Positions 11,281-22,913 of a stretch of 64,000 nt of DNA are shown here, one piece after another (positions within the stretch are counted from its first letter, which is position 1; every line of letters begins with the position of its first letter). The notes under the pieces were generated by a model. The model had not been told where the DNA came from. It made no database searches and saw nothing but the letters and a program-made list of their open reading frames with translations. A program made the translations under genes and the position numbers. This stretch comes from Haliotis rubra. Taxonomy: Eukaryota. The DNA lies in assembly GCF_003918875.1 (NCBI RefSeq), contig NW_025766248.1, positions 1,240,001 through 1,304,000 on the forward strand, in the 5' to 3' direction.

Positions 11281-13870
11281 TAACTCTGTAACTAATTCGC
11301 TGATACAGAGTGAAAACTGTATGGGGCTCAGCATATAGCCTTACCCCGTTTACCATATAACAATCACTCAATTCATGTTCTTTAACAGTGCTCATTATTA
11401 TCATCCCTTAAAATAAAAGTTATCACAGAGTTTTGGGATGACAATTTAAACAATAAAAGAACTACAGAGGAAAAGAGGGGAAGTGGGGCCATAAATCGGG
11501 ACCTAAATTCTAATATGGACATTTTCCCACTTATTATTAATCTAATTATAAGAAAGATAGTAGATATCAATATTTATACAGTCATATAACACTCAATTCA
11601 TGTACAGCTCTATAACAGGGGTTCAGTTGAGGAGACATAGCAGGATATGAAGTCAATTGAAACATATCAGATTTTATTGTTATCAGGTGAAGGTGTTTTA
11701 GGTAGTTATGAAATTATGCAAATTGAAAGTGTAAACTGTTATACTCCAAAGATATGTTTAACTTTCTTTGGTGAAGGGTTATTTAACAAACATTGTGGTT
11801 GTCTGAAATCGGATTTACAAAGCTCATAAAAGGTTTTGTTGAGGGTTTGCTGGTAAAATTATGTGTGGTTGAGGTGCATCTGAATTATGCCCCTTTGTGG
11901 AATATTATGCCCCATATGAGTGTCCAAGCACATGGCACTTAGCATCCAGCCTTGCACAGCCCAGCACAGCAACAGCACTGTTACTTGCCAAAGAAAGGTT
12001 AGTTTTAATTTATAGTCTTTTTGTTTAAATACACTAAAGTTGTTAAGGGAATTGTTATTTATATTGTTTGAATAAAACTTAGGATATATTACAGATGAAT
12101 AATTATCAAATTATTTCTAGCATGATGTGTAACTGTAGTGTATTCACTTATGTATGCCTTTGCAATTGTGTGAAATTGGCAAATGTTGTTTGCAGGTGCC
12201 AAACAGGGTAGAAATGTTAAACTCCATTCCATAGATTGGTAAGGTTTTTTTTCCTCAGTACACTGTTTACTTTCCTCAGTACATTGTGTGAATGTTTTAA
12301 CTGGTGTGTGTATTTGTGTAACATTACTATATTTTAATTTAATAAATGCAACATATTGACACATATTTGTAACATGGAACATTCTCCTAGAATGATTGAT
12401 TTTGCTGTCCATTTAATAATGTCAAATGTTTCAGGGTGATGCTTTGTGAAATCTTGTGGATTGTGAGGCGCTGACTACCCTAAGAAATAAAATGTCCTCA
12501 CCCCAACCAGCAGCGTTGTTATTCTGAAGAACTGGTTACGTACGTATGTCTCTAAAGATTCAAGACTCGTCCATGAATACCATAGTTCATTGGGCGATAC
12601 CACGGGTGTTTATGATTGACACAGTCTAATGATTTTAAAAAAATTAATACAAAACAGTGAAAACGCCCCCCTGACACTGATAAAGACTTTTGTATCATTC
12701 CATGATAAAGTAAAGATGTTGTTGATAGTGTTATATCCTGTTCTGAATCCGGCTTCATATTCATAGATATTATTCGTTTGAGATCACAATTGTAAACTTC
12801 CATGGAGTATTTTTGAAAAAAGAACACTTTTCGTGTGACGGGGGTGTATGATTCTCGATTCTGTCGGGAAATATCCGCTGTCTAATATCTTACTTAAAAA
12901 GTTGAACAAATAATTTCTGTTTTCGATTGGCGCAATAGTTTCAGCTGTAATCCTGACACATCCCGTCGAATTCTTCCTTTTGAAGTTCTTAGTACTTCTG
13001 GTAACTTCTGACAAAGTTATTCGTGCATTAGGCATCTCATTCACAATACAGTCTACGCACTCATCGTCCTTTGTATCAATGCAGTCTTTAACTGTATCTT
13101 CACTTTCATTTGAGTTCAGCAGTTGTTGAAAGTGGTCAACCCATTCCCCTCCAGTTATTGCGTTAGTAGATTTAGATCTTCTTAGTTTCTTGAATTCCTT
13201 ACATAGATTGTCTGTTTCAGTCTAAATATTATTCCAATTATTCTTGATGCTATCTTTATTTCGTTTCTGTTTTCGTTGAGAACACGTCGATTTGAAAAGT
13301 GCTTATAAGTGTCTATAATGTTGTAAATATTCGTCTGTCTTTGTCTGTCGAAGCCTGTCGAGTGCACGATACTTATCTGCCGTGGCCGTCTGACAGTCGC
13401 TGTCCCACAACACTGGCTCTGCGTTGTCGGCAGGCCCGTGTATCTTCATACACTCGTAGCACGGTTATACAGGCTACATATCAAATCTACTGATGTGTCA
13501 ATATCTGTATCTATTTCAAACAATACATCTGCAATCATCGTCTTGGAAACATCATCAGACATGAGTTGTGTAAATGTGCTCTGATCCTCCCGCTGAAACT
13601 TGTAGTATGGCGTCACACACGAGTCGCAGTATCATTATACAACATGGTGTAATTCATCAAGATTACAAACTCTAAAATCTGAAATAAGATTTTAAAAAGT
13701 TGTAACTAAACTAAAGTGCAATAACAACACTATGACCATTGTTTGAAACGCATGTAAAATGTCCATCTTCATCACCAGATAAATTCTGCCGTTAAAAATA
13801 TGTAAACAGTGAGTTCGACAGATATCAAGCAAACGTCGACCAAAGGATTTTAAAAAATGATAAAACTCAG
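11281..13870 (-). pseudogene. Degraded CR1/L2/RTE-X-like LINE ORF2 (APE end through RT), interrupted
   Basis: FGRRLLDICRTHCLHIFNGR (APE); NARITLSEVTRSTKNFKRKNSTG..YLFNFLSKILDSGYFP; MIQKSLSVSGGRFHCFV..LDCVNHK..GIHGRVL. Confidence 0.75.
11624..12534. mobile_element. Putative non-autonomous DNA transposon (short CAGTT...AACTG termini, GTT duplication)
   Basis: Absent from the duplicated copy near 10780, which acts as an empty site; flanked by GTT on both sides. Confidence 0.5.
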
Positions 13871-13889
13871 CTGGTAACGCCGCTGTTCG

Positions 13890-14765
13890 TGGAGATTGTG
13901 GACGACATTCTATGTATATACAACGCAAGTAATGAACTTATCACATATTGGAACAAATTCATTATTATGGCCAACAGAAGATTACCAACACATACTTATC
14001 TAATGCTTTATCACCTTGATCTTTCTAAACGTATTTCATGGATATCATTCTTAAAGGTCATTTTGCATAAATTAGGATTTGGGATCGTATGGATAACTCA
14101 ACATGTTGGAAGCCGTGAAAACTTTCTATCAGAAGTCAAACGACGCATCGAGGTTATCGACATGCAACAGTGGCGCACTTTATATTGCTGAAAATGCAAG
14201 ACTAAGTTATTACGGCAAGGCATTATTAAATGTGGAAACCTATCTCATCGTTATACAGGAGCAAGTTTATCGCCAAGCTTTCAGTCGTTTTAGATGTGGC
14301 AATCTTACTTTAATGGTAGAAGTAGGACGTAGAACTATTATTGATATTGAATCTAGATTATGTACTTACTGTTCATGTTATTGATTAAATTATATTGAAA
14401 ATTTATTCCACTTTTTATTGATTAACTGATTTACGGAAAGGTATATTACATGTAGCTGTACTGTAAATCCATCACAGGAATCTTTTAAAAACCTAATGAA
14501 CTCAAATTGTCCATCAACTATTCTAAATCTTGGTAATTATATGTATTTTGCTTTTAAACTTATGATACACTACGTAACAAATTGTAACAGTAGTAAAAAG
14601 TTGTACTTATTTATATGCTTTGTACATATGTCAGTATACATATCTATTCAATTTGGGGACAAGTGTTTATGTGATGCTTTTGTAAGTCATATGTTTGTGT
14701 ATTTGTGGAATTGTATTGTCCCATGGGCTTGTGGCCGCTTTGACAGAAATAGACTACATATACAT
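13890..14765 (+). pseudogene. 3' end of a CR1/L2/RTE-X-like LINE ORF2 plus 3' UTR
   Basis: ITYWNKFIIMANRRLP...SWISFLKVILHKLGFGIVW; RQAFSRFRCGNLTLMVEVGR..ESRLCTYC C-terminal Cys/His motif. Confidence 0.8.
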
Positions 14766-14953
14766 ATTCACGTTGATTCGCAATTGCATTACTTCTGTTT
14801 AATCGGACAATATATGTTGCATCTGGACCTGTAGTAGTGACGAGACCACAAGAACATGCTTCACGATTCTTGTTTTCCCGAAGTGGGGAAACGGACTGGT
14901 TGAATCATTCTCTCACGGTACCGTTAACCCGTTCTCATTGGCGACAATGTCTC

Positions 14954-15135
14954 ACACGTGAAGATCCGGATTAGAATTGGTCTTCAGCAACCCATGCATG
15001 TCGTAAAAGGCGACTAACGGGATCGGGTGATCAGACTCGCTGGCTTGGTTGACAGCACGTCATCGTATCCCAATTATGGAGATCACTGGATTGTCTGGTC
15101 CAGACTCGATTATTTTCAGACTGCCGCCATATAGC
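14954..15135 (+). mobile_element. SINE-like family A copy (internal deletion)
   Basis: Same consensus as other A copies. Confidence 0.85.
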
Positions 15136-16254
15136 CAATCTCGTCCCACAGAGGTTACTCAAGGCATATCTTCCCACGTTACGTGGGAAGAGAATCCACT
15201 CCACATGGCTAGCTGCAAACCCAGAACTGTTTGATGTGAACAGCTAAATTTGTAATTACGGCTGCTTTGAGGCCAGACTGTACATACATATCCATGGTCT
15301 GAACAAAATAAATGTAATGTTACGATACAACGCTATTTGAGAACTATGTTGTTAGCTAAATGTCAGCCCACTGACAGCGTAAGAAGTACAACCTTTTAAC
15401 ATCTTTTGGAATGATTCGGACCAGAGGTCGAACCTCAGACCTTCCGCTCTACGGGGGCATGTTCTCTCTGCAAAACCGTGGGGGTTGTTAATAGAAATAC
15501 TCAGCCTAACTGAAAAAGAATTATAACATACAAGAAACAAAGAGCAACATCAAAAACAGACAAACAACAAAGACACCACCCCCACCCCTCCCCAATAACC
15601 CAAACAAACCAAAAGTAAAATAATAATATAAATAAATAGAAAAAATAGAGATGAAAACAAATAAATAAACATAAAAAATAAAAACACGAAAATACAAAAA
15701 TGCAACCTAACAAAAAATAACAAAAAATAAATAAAATAAAATAAAATGAAAAATAAAAACCCAGAAAACGAGAGAAGCAGATGAAATTAAAAGTCAACCT
15801 ACCACTTAAAAATGCCTGAGCAACATGGAACTTTTTAATGTGACCTTGAGGGAGTTAACTAAAATGAATTCGTGAGAGCGTGTTGGTTCTTCTAATGACA
15901 CTGAGCGATCCTCCAATTTTGTTCCACGCGCCAGTGTATGCAAAGGACTACAGAGTGCGGTTCAGAATCGATGTGATTAATTTTGTTATCAATTCAGTAC
16001 TGACTTTGACATTAATGAAACCTGAATATTTCCACGAGTCGTATTGTGCCAAAGATGTTCCAGTCGATCGTAGTGTTTACCAAGATGAGCTAAGCTGTAC
16101 TTTATTTAACCTGTCACCGTCCATGTTGATAATGCATGATCACGCCTAATGCTCAAATTGGACATGGACCCAGTATCGTTGAGCCTTCTGATGACATTGG
16201 GTAGAATGCGTTTCTTCACTGTGTAAGTCCCATTGCGGAATAGGCCTCATATGC

Positions 16255-16816
16255 TTAGTGGTTGACGTAAACACCGACCACTCGGAATCAAAATAGCAAT
16301 GTTGCGATGTGTGACCTCGTCTGCGATACAGGCTGTGAGTTGTTGATGCGCACCCGTGTTGCTAAAGAGTAATACATTCAGCAGGGTCCCGATCCATAAA
16401 GCGTTCTTAAAGTTACGACCTGTCGTAAGAACTGATAACGTGGAATCAAAGATAGGGATGTTGGAGTGTGTGAGCTCGCCTGCGATACAGACGGTGAGTA
16501 AAGGGACGTCCACTCGTCGTTTTTAAAGAGTAATACATTCAGCAGGGTCCTGATCCAAAAAAGCGTTCGTAAAGTTACGACCTGTCGTACGAACCGACCA
16601 CTTGGAATCAAGATTGGGATGTTGTGGTGTGTGACCTGCGTACGCGATACAGACAGTGAGTTGAGGAACGCACACCCGTCGTTTCTAAACATTCGTACAT
16701 TCAGCAAGGCCCAGATTCACAAAGCGCTCCTAACGTAATGGCATTTCGTAACTCTATAGTGTATTGTAAGATTACGAATATCGTAACTCTACGAACGTTT
16801 TGTTGATCGTGACCCA
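16255..16816. repeat. ~161-bp tandem repeat (about 3 units) ending in a short MITE at 16708-16816
   Basis: CATTCAGCAGGGTCC recurs at ~16375, ~16536 and ~16698; last unit runs into GGCCCAGATTCACAAAGCG...CGTTTTGTTGATCGTGACCC imperfect TIRs. Confidence 0.75.
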
Positions 16817-17860
16817 GATTTATAAGTAGAAGGCTATACGAAGCGTGAACATACTGCATAGTTTAAATTCAAAGTAGGAAATGTAAATAAGCCATTATCT
16901 CTCTGCTGAGTTTATCATATGTTGGATTTTCAATTGAAAATATCCTTTAGTTATCGATAATATGTAAGAAGACCCCCAAAAACTGTTCTAGCACTTAACC
17001 AACACACGTTTATATTAAATAAATGAAAAATTTAGTTAAAACCTGTTTAGAATCAAAACTAAATTTCTACAGTACAAACTGCTGATGAGTTTGTTATTCA
17101 TAATTTCTTATAAAGTCAAAACACATTTTGATTTTTGGGCCAAATGTAAACTATTTCAAATATGCTCGGGGTATGTGGTAAATTTGTCTTCATTGAATCA
17201 TTTTTACACAAAATTACCCAACCACTGAATGATGGGTTAATAGCGAAAATACAATCTAATAACAGTTATTTCAATTTTCATTTACACAAAAAAGGAAGAA
17301 CTCACTATATTTTCTTTTGCCCCTCACTTATTTTGAATAGAATAACATGGTTACTAAATGAGAAGTGTCAGATCACAACACGCAACCGCCTGAACTCGGC
17401 GAAATATTAGTATCAACCACTATCTGTGACTTTATAATTAACGGATCGCCAGTGGAGAGTTAACCACGCCCACAAAAGTAAGGGAGATAACTCTCAAAAG
17501 GTCCGACAACATAGCTGTCAAAACCAACTGTCAAAATGGCAGTCGTGATATCGTTTCGAGACATTCCGGATGACATTCGTTGGCCCGAAATATTTGCCTA
17601 ATGAACCGACCTTTCGACAAAAACAACGTGGTATGGCTTTTAGTTCGGCCTCATACCTTCATTCCGTTACTTTTCATTCATTTTGTGATACTATCGTGGC
17701 GATTTGGGGGAAGATTTATAGAAGTCAACGGAAATCCAAAGCTCCAAACCTATCCTTTGACAGAATGTTAATTATTAATTAACAGGCGGTCGTTAATTAA
17801 CCATTCTCAAGCACTGCACTGAGAAACAACGACGTTATCTCAGGATCTTTGATGTTCCGT

Positions 17861-18118
17861 CAGACGTTACATATGTTGTATCTTGCATAACACCTTTTCT
17901 GTAAAGTACAGATTCTAGTACTTTTTGTGGTTGAATTCCATCCGGGATTCGAACCAACACTCACAGGGTCAGGCACTTATCACCAGCACGCAAAGTGAGC
18001 AGTCTAACCCACTCAGCAATCGCGGCATCCCGTACTAGAATCTGTACTTTATTGAGAAAGTATAATCCAAAATATACCATGCTGCGTCTGACCCCAATCT
18101 AAATGACATTGTCTATTC
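17861..18118. mobile_element. Family C (tRNA-headed, inverted dimer), older copy
   Basis: Minus copy with tRNA-like head 17861-18030 joined to a plus tail 18032-18118; GTTCCGT flanks both sides. Confidence 0.75.
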
Positions 18119-18937
18119 GTTCCGTGACACGGTTATTGTTACATGTTGGATCCATGGCCATTGATGGCTCATATATATATTTATACATATATTCATATAT
18201 TTATTTATATATATCATTATTTAGCGATGGTTTACGCAGTATTGGATCGAAATGTTCCTTTGTGGGTCCACGTAGCCGTATCTTCTTCATGCTTTCACCG
18301 ATAGGCTTCATGTCTCCAAACCCCACTAAACAGCCCATCTTATCTACCACATCCGACTCCTGAGACTACGGACTGAAACTATGGCCACCGAGAAGATGGT
18401 TATGTTTGCCGAGTCAGCAGTAATGTTCTTGAACTACAAGACAAGACGCTGTTATCTTACTGAATTTACTATTCTCTCAGGAATTAGTCTTTGACCTTGG
18501 AGAAATACTTAGAGAAATACTTTATAGTAGATACCAATACACGGGAGACTGCGGTCAGTCGGTCAGTAGATCGCACAGAGGCCATAGGTGACCGCTTTGA
18601 ACTGAAATGGTAATGGCGTTATGGCTTATTTAGCAGTGTTAAGTGAGACCAACGATACAAAGATGGGGTAATTTTACACTGATGATAACGCTAATGATAT
18701 GCTCACACATAACAGTTAGAACCGCATACTGTGATTTGTTTCTGAAAGTTCTTCTTAAATGCGATCCCTCAGAGAATGCATATGATTTAGCGCTGAACAG
18801 ATTTATCATTGGCTAACGTAAAGAACTCGATAAGCCTCCATCTTCTAAGCACCTGTGTATGAAAGCCTAATGCTGCAACATTTAAATTTGTTGAATATTT
18901 TGCTTATTTTCTTAACCGAAATTTCTCATCATATACC

Positions 18938-19422
18938 AGGGCGTATATATTCACGGGCGTCCACACCATTTGTATTCATTTAGGACTAGGCCACATATCT
19001 TCACGGGCGTCTAGGCCATATATATTCACAGGCGTCCATACCATTTGTATTCGTTAGGACTAGGCGACATATCTTCACGGGCGTCCACACCATTTGTATT
19101 CATTTAGGACTAGGCCACATATCTTCACGGGCGTCCACACCATTTGTATTCATTTAGGACTAGGATACATATCTTCACGGGCGTCTAGGCCGTATATACT
19201 CACGGGCGTACATTTGTATTCAAGTAGCACTAGTACGTATATCTTCACGGTCCTCTAGGCCGTATGTATTTACACGTGTCCACACACAATGTATTCACGT
19301 AGCACTAGGACGTATATCTTCAAGGGCGTGTAGACCGTATATACTCACGGGCGTACATTTGTATTCACGTAGGACTAGGGCGTATATCTTCACGGGTGCC
19401 CAGGCCGTATGTATTCACGGCT
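18938..19422. repeat. Minisatellite of two related 25-bp units
   Basis: TAGGCCACATATCTTCACGGGCGTC and CACACCATTTGTATTCATTTAGGAC alternate. Confidence 0.9.
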
Positions 19423-20189
19423 TATGTGGATGCAGATTTTACATACCCCTGGAGTACTTGGATGTTTATTGCTACAACGCTGGTTTCCAGCACTAGACCA
19501 AGAATATGTTGCTCCCTCTTTACCACCATAACATCAACACGTTAAAAAGACTGAACTTTTCATCAGCTTACATGAAATATCCCAGGCTAGATGGATAAAA
19601 CAGCTCCCGGTCCCTCTCGAAAATAGATGACTTCACAGTCGTGGTGTGAGCAATAGCAATGTCCACACTAGCACAGGAATTTGTCATAAAGAACAGATTT
19701 ATTCATGAAGTTCCATGTGTATCCTTGGGGTAGGCAGATTTCATGCTGATCGATTGTGTGTTCGTCCGAATAACATCTCCTTGCCCTTTCGTGGGATGTT
19801 TTCAAGATGGCATATATGTGCATGTGTCATTCTTACGTTCACCTTTAATATGTTTCTAATGTTCATTCTCACAGGGATTCCGGTGCAGAACTTGTCATGA
19901 GTACTTCGTGCCTGAGTAGACTGGGATGGGGTTTCGCTGTAGTCAAGTTCTGTTTCTTGGTTGACCGTATGTCAAACCCTGATTCCTTCGCTCACTCACT
20001 CGCTCCCTCCCTCCCTCACTCACTCACTTCTCATTCATATTTCTTTAATTCCTTGCATTCAGAAAATAGATTTCTGCGATGTTTTGAACGTTTGCCAACG
20101 TTCAACGCGAATATAACACGGGTCGTTGAAGTGTTTCTATTTACGAATCCTGTGGATATGTCATTATACATTGAATCTCAACAAAACTA

Positions 20190-20434
20190 CCCGTGAAGAT
20201 CCGAGTTAGAATATTTATCTTCAGTAACCCATGCTTGTCGTAAGAGGCGACTAACGGGTTCGGGTGGTCAGGCTTTCTGGCTTGGTTGACACATGTCATC
20301 GATTCCCAATTGCGCAGATCGATGATCATGCTGTTGATGAATGGATCGTCTGGTCCAGACTCGATTATTTACAGACCGCCGCCATATAGCTGGAATATTG
20401 CTGAGTGCGGCGTAAAACTGAACTCACTCAGACA
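20190..20434 (+). mobile_element. Full-length SINE-like family A copy with TSD
   Basis: 13-bp TSD CTCAACAAAACTA (20177-20189 and 20435-20447). Confidence 0.92.
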
Positions 20435-20936
20435 CTCAACAAAACTAAGGTGGGATGAAAATTATGCCAAAATGTGTTTGATAATTGCCACCGAAATTTT
20501 GGACCATATATTTGCTATTTTCCAATTCATAAGCACATGACATATATACACATAATCGATCTTCATTTTGAGGTCAACATTCAACTGACAAAAGAAACAT
20601 AATTTTGGGATAACAACTTCCATCTCCTACTGTTATAGCGACGTTTCGTTATGAATTCTGGCACCATAGTCAATTAATCCTGTATAATGCGAATATGGAT
20701 AAAATTTTGTGTGATAGGCAAAAGATTAACAGCAACACCAATTTGCATACACGATGTGATTAACACGAATGGGTTAAACACTAAAACGATACGGATACTA
20801 GCCTTTCACATGATGTACAGAGATCATGACAAGGAAGCTGTCATATTCCATATTTCAACAAATGAAATACTGTCGAAATAATGTTACAAGGCTGCAAAGG
20901 CATTGCAACACTATTGTCATGTTGCTGCCAAGGGTA

Positions 20937-21097
20937 AGTGAGAAAGGTTTTACGCCGCTTTCAGCAATGTTCCGGCAATATCCCGGCGGGGAACACCCGA
21001 AATGGGTTTCACACATTTTACCCATGTGGGGAATCGAACCCGGGCTTTCAGCGTGACGAGCGATCGCTTTTAGCACTATGCTGCTAATCCGCCCCAC
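20937..21097 (-). mobile_element. tRNA-derived SINE family B copy
   Basis: A box TAGCATAGTGC, GCTCGTCACGC, B box GGTTCGATTCC; tail shared with family A. Confidence 0.85.
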
Positions 21098-22374
21098 GTT
21101 GCTATGCTGCAAATAAGATCAATGCAAAAGGGTTTCCAAGTGCACCATTTTTGCATGTACAAGAAAGCTACAAGGACGTTATTACAACGCTGCAATGGCG
21201 TTGTCGAAACACTGTCGCAAAACGCTGCAACAGTATTGCAATGCTGTCATAAAGTAAGACCAAAAATGGCTCCCAATTGCAACCCTTTTGCAATTATATA
21301 GCAATAACGTTGCAGCATTTCGGTTATGCTGCAAGAATGATTATTTTTAATGTTAGTTACTTTAAATTTGTTAACAGATATATTAGCATGGATAAAGAAC
21401 TCGAAACCGAAATATTTTGCAAAGATTCCATAAAAAAGTTATTTAAATACCCTGGCACTGAAAATTGCATGACTCGGTCCTTGTTACCATGTGAAGAAAC
21501 ATACAGAGTACATACATCCAAACACCACTGTGTCGAATTACGAAGAGACTTTGAGTTACAGAGGTTCGATAGAGCCGGAAGATACATAAATTGAGAAGGA
21601 ATACACGGACCAATATTTTACTTTAGACAACCAGAAGTTCGATACAACAAAACCGAGGGACACAACTCTGTACACCGAAACGCAGCACCTTAGTCGGGAA
21701 AGGTGTATAAATCAGGTACTACGCAACATATAGCTGCAAAGTTCCATGTTAATACCTTTCCTCGCAGATGTTGAAATAATCATCAGGATTTGTTGTATAA
21801 CAATTCAGCAAGTAGCACATGGTATAAACATCTAAACGTTATCTCCAACACTGACACCATCACAAACAAAACCAATGTGGATATTGCGTGCACCATCAAT
21901 GGGACTTCGTAACCATACGTTGAAATCCAATCCATGTCCCACCTTAAGGAAACGTAATTACGAAGGCTCGGGAAAATCAATCATAGACTGATCGAAGGAT
22001 CTCAGCTATAGGCGTTCCTTTAGGCTGTTGAGGATCATACCCAACACTTGAAGCAAGTTCTTGCGCTAATTATCTGGGCTTGTTGTATCGACCACAGCAG
22101 GCTGGGTGTTTACTGCGGTTCATGGTACACCATTGGTGGCGTTGTTCAGACGATTGCTGCCAGTCTGCTATTGTTAATCTGTATTATTATCATTAAAGCC
22201 AATTACCCCTAAATTAATCTTCTTGTTGGTTATGAGGGCAAGGCGTCTATACGATTTCCTTTTATCGTAGATTTATCACCATGGTGTTAAATACCCAAAC
22301 AGTGTGGCGCTATGTTACGTAGTCACTCGGATCGAGTTACGTGTAGACTACCGATACATCGTTATTCACAAGAA

Positions 22375-22524
22375 GTGAATGAGTGAGTGAATTTCATTTT
22401 ACGCCGATTAGCAAAACATCTTGCAATATTACGGCGGGTTCCAGCAGAAATGGGCTTTCCACCTTGTACCTGTGTCGGGAATCGGTCCCGGTTTCTCGGC
22501 GTGACGAGCGAATGCTGTACCACC
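22375..22524 (-). mobile_element. SINE family B copy, diverged
   Basis: Similarity to the family B consensus. Confidence 0.7.
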
Positions 22525-22706
22525 AATATTCACTTAAAATACTGAGAGGAAGATTGTGAGGTTAAACTCCGAAAAAAATTGTATAAAGAAAATACCGTTT
22601 CCCTCACACTATTGCGTCCCTCAGTCGTGTTAGGAACCAAGGGTCGTGTGTTCGAATCCCGGTTCCCGCTGTTTGTGTTTAAAGGTTTTACAGCATCATA
22701 CTCACA

Positions 22707-22913
22707 GACCCGTGAAGATTAGGGTAAGAATTGGTCCTCAGCAACTCATGCATGTCGTAAGAGGTGACTAACGGGATCGGGTGGTCAGGTTCGCTGACTT
22801 GGTCGCTGTTGATCACTGGGCTGTCTGGTCCAGACTTGATTATTTACGGACCGCCGCCATATAGCTGGAATATTGTTGAGTGCGGCGTAAAACTCACTCA
22901 CTCATTCACTCAC
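22707..22913 (+). mobile_element. SINE-like family A copy
   Basis: GACCCGTGAAG start, (TCAC)n tail. Confidence 0.88.

Larger units (their letters stand above)
10570..12710. repeat. Local tandem duplication of a [SINE-A fragments + LINE RT fragment] unit; second copy carries two later insertions
   Basis: 10570-10993 matches 11200-11380 + 11585-11623 + 12535-12705; minus strand translates to CVRTEYGLSDYFTCHTGMRQGSMVGLLLFPLYISEL (RT GVRQG motif). Confidence 0.8.

Noticed and set aside
17082-17130. Hammerhead-like CTGATGAG...AAAAC (also CTGATGAGGCAAAC near 36822)
   Set aside because: No convincing helix I or III, GAAA box broken, single copy
18938-19422. CRISPR-like appearance of regular short repeats (also 29550-29922)
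   Set aside because: No unique spacers, no cas genes, eukaryotic context; these are minisatellites
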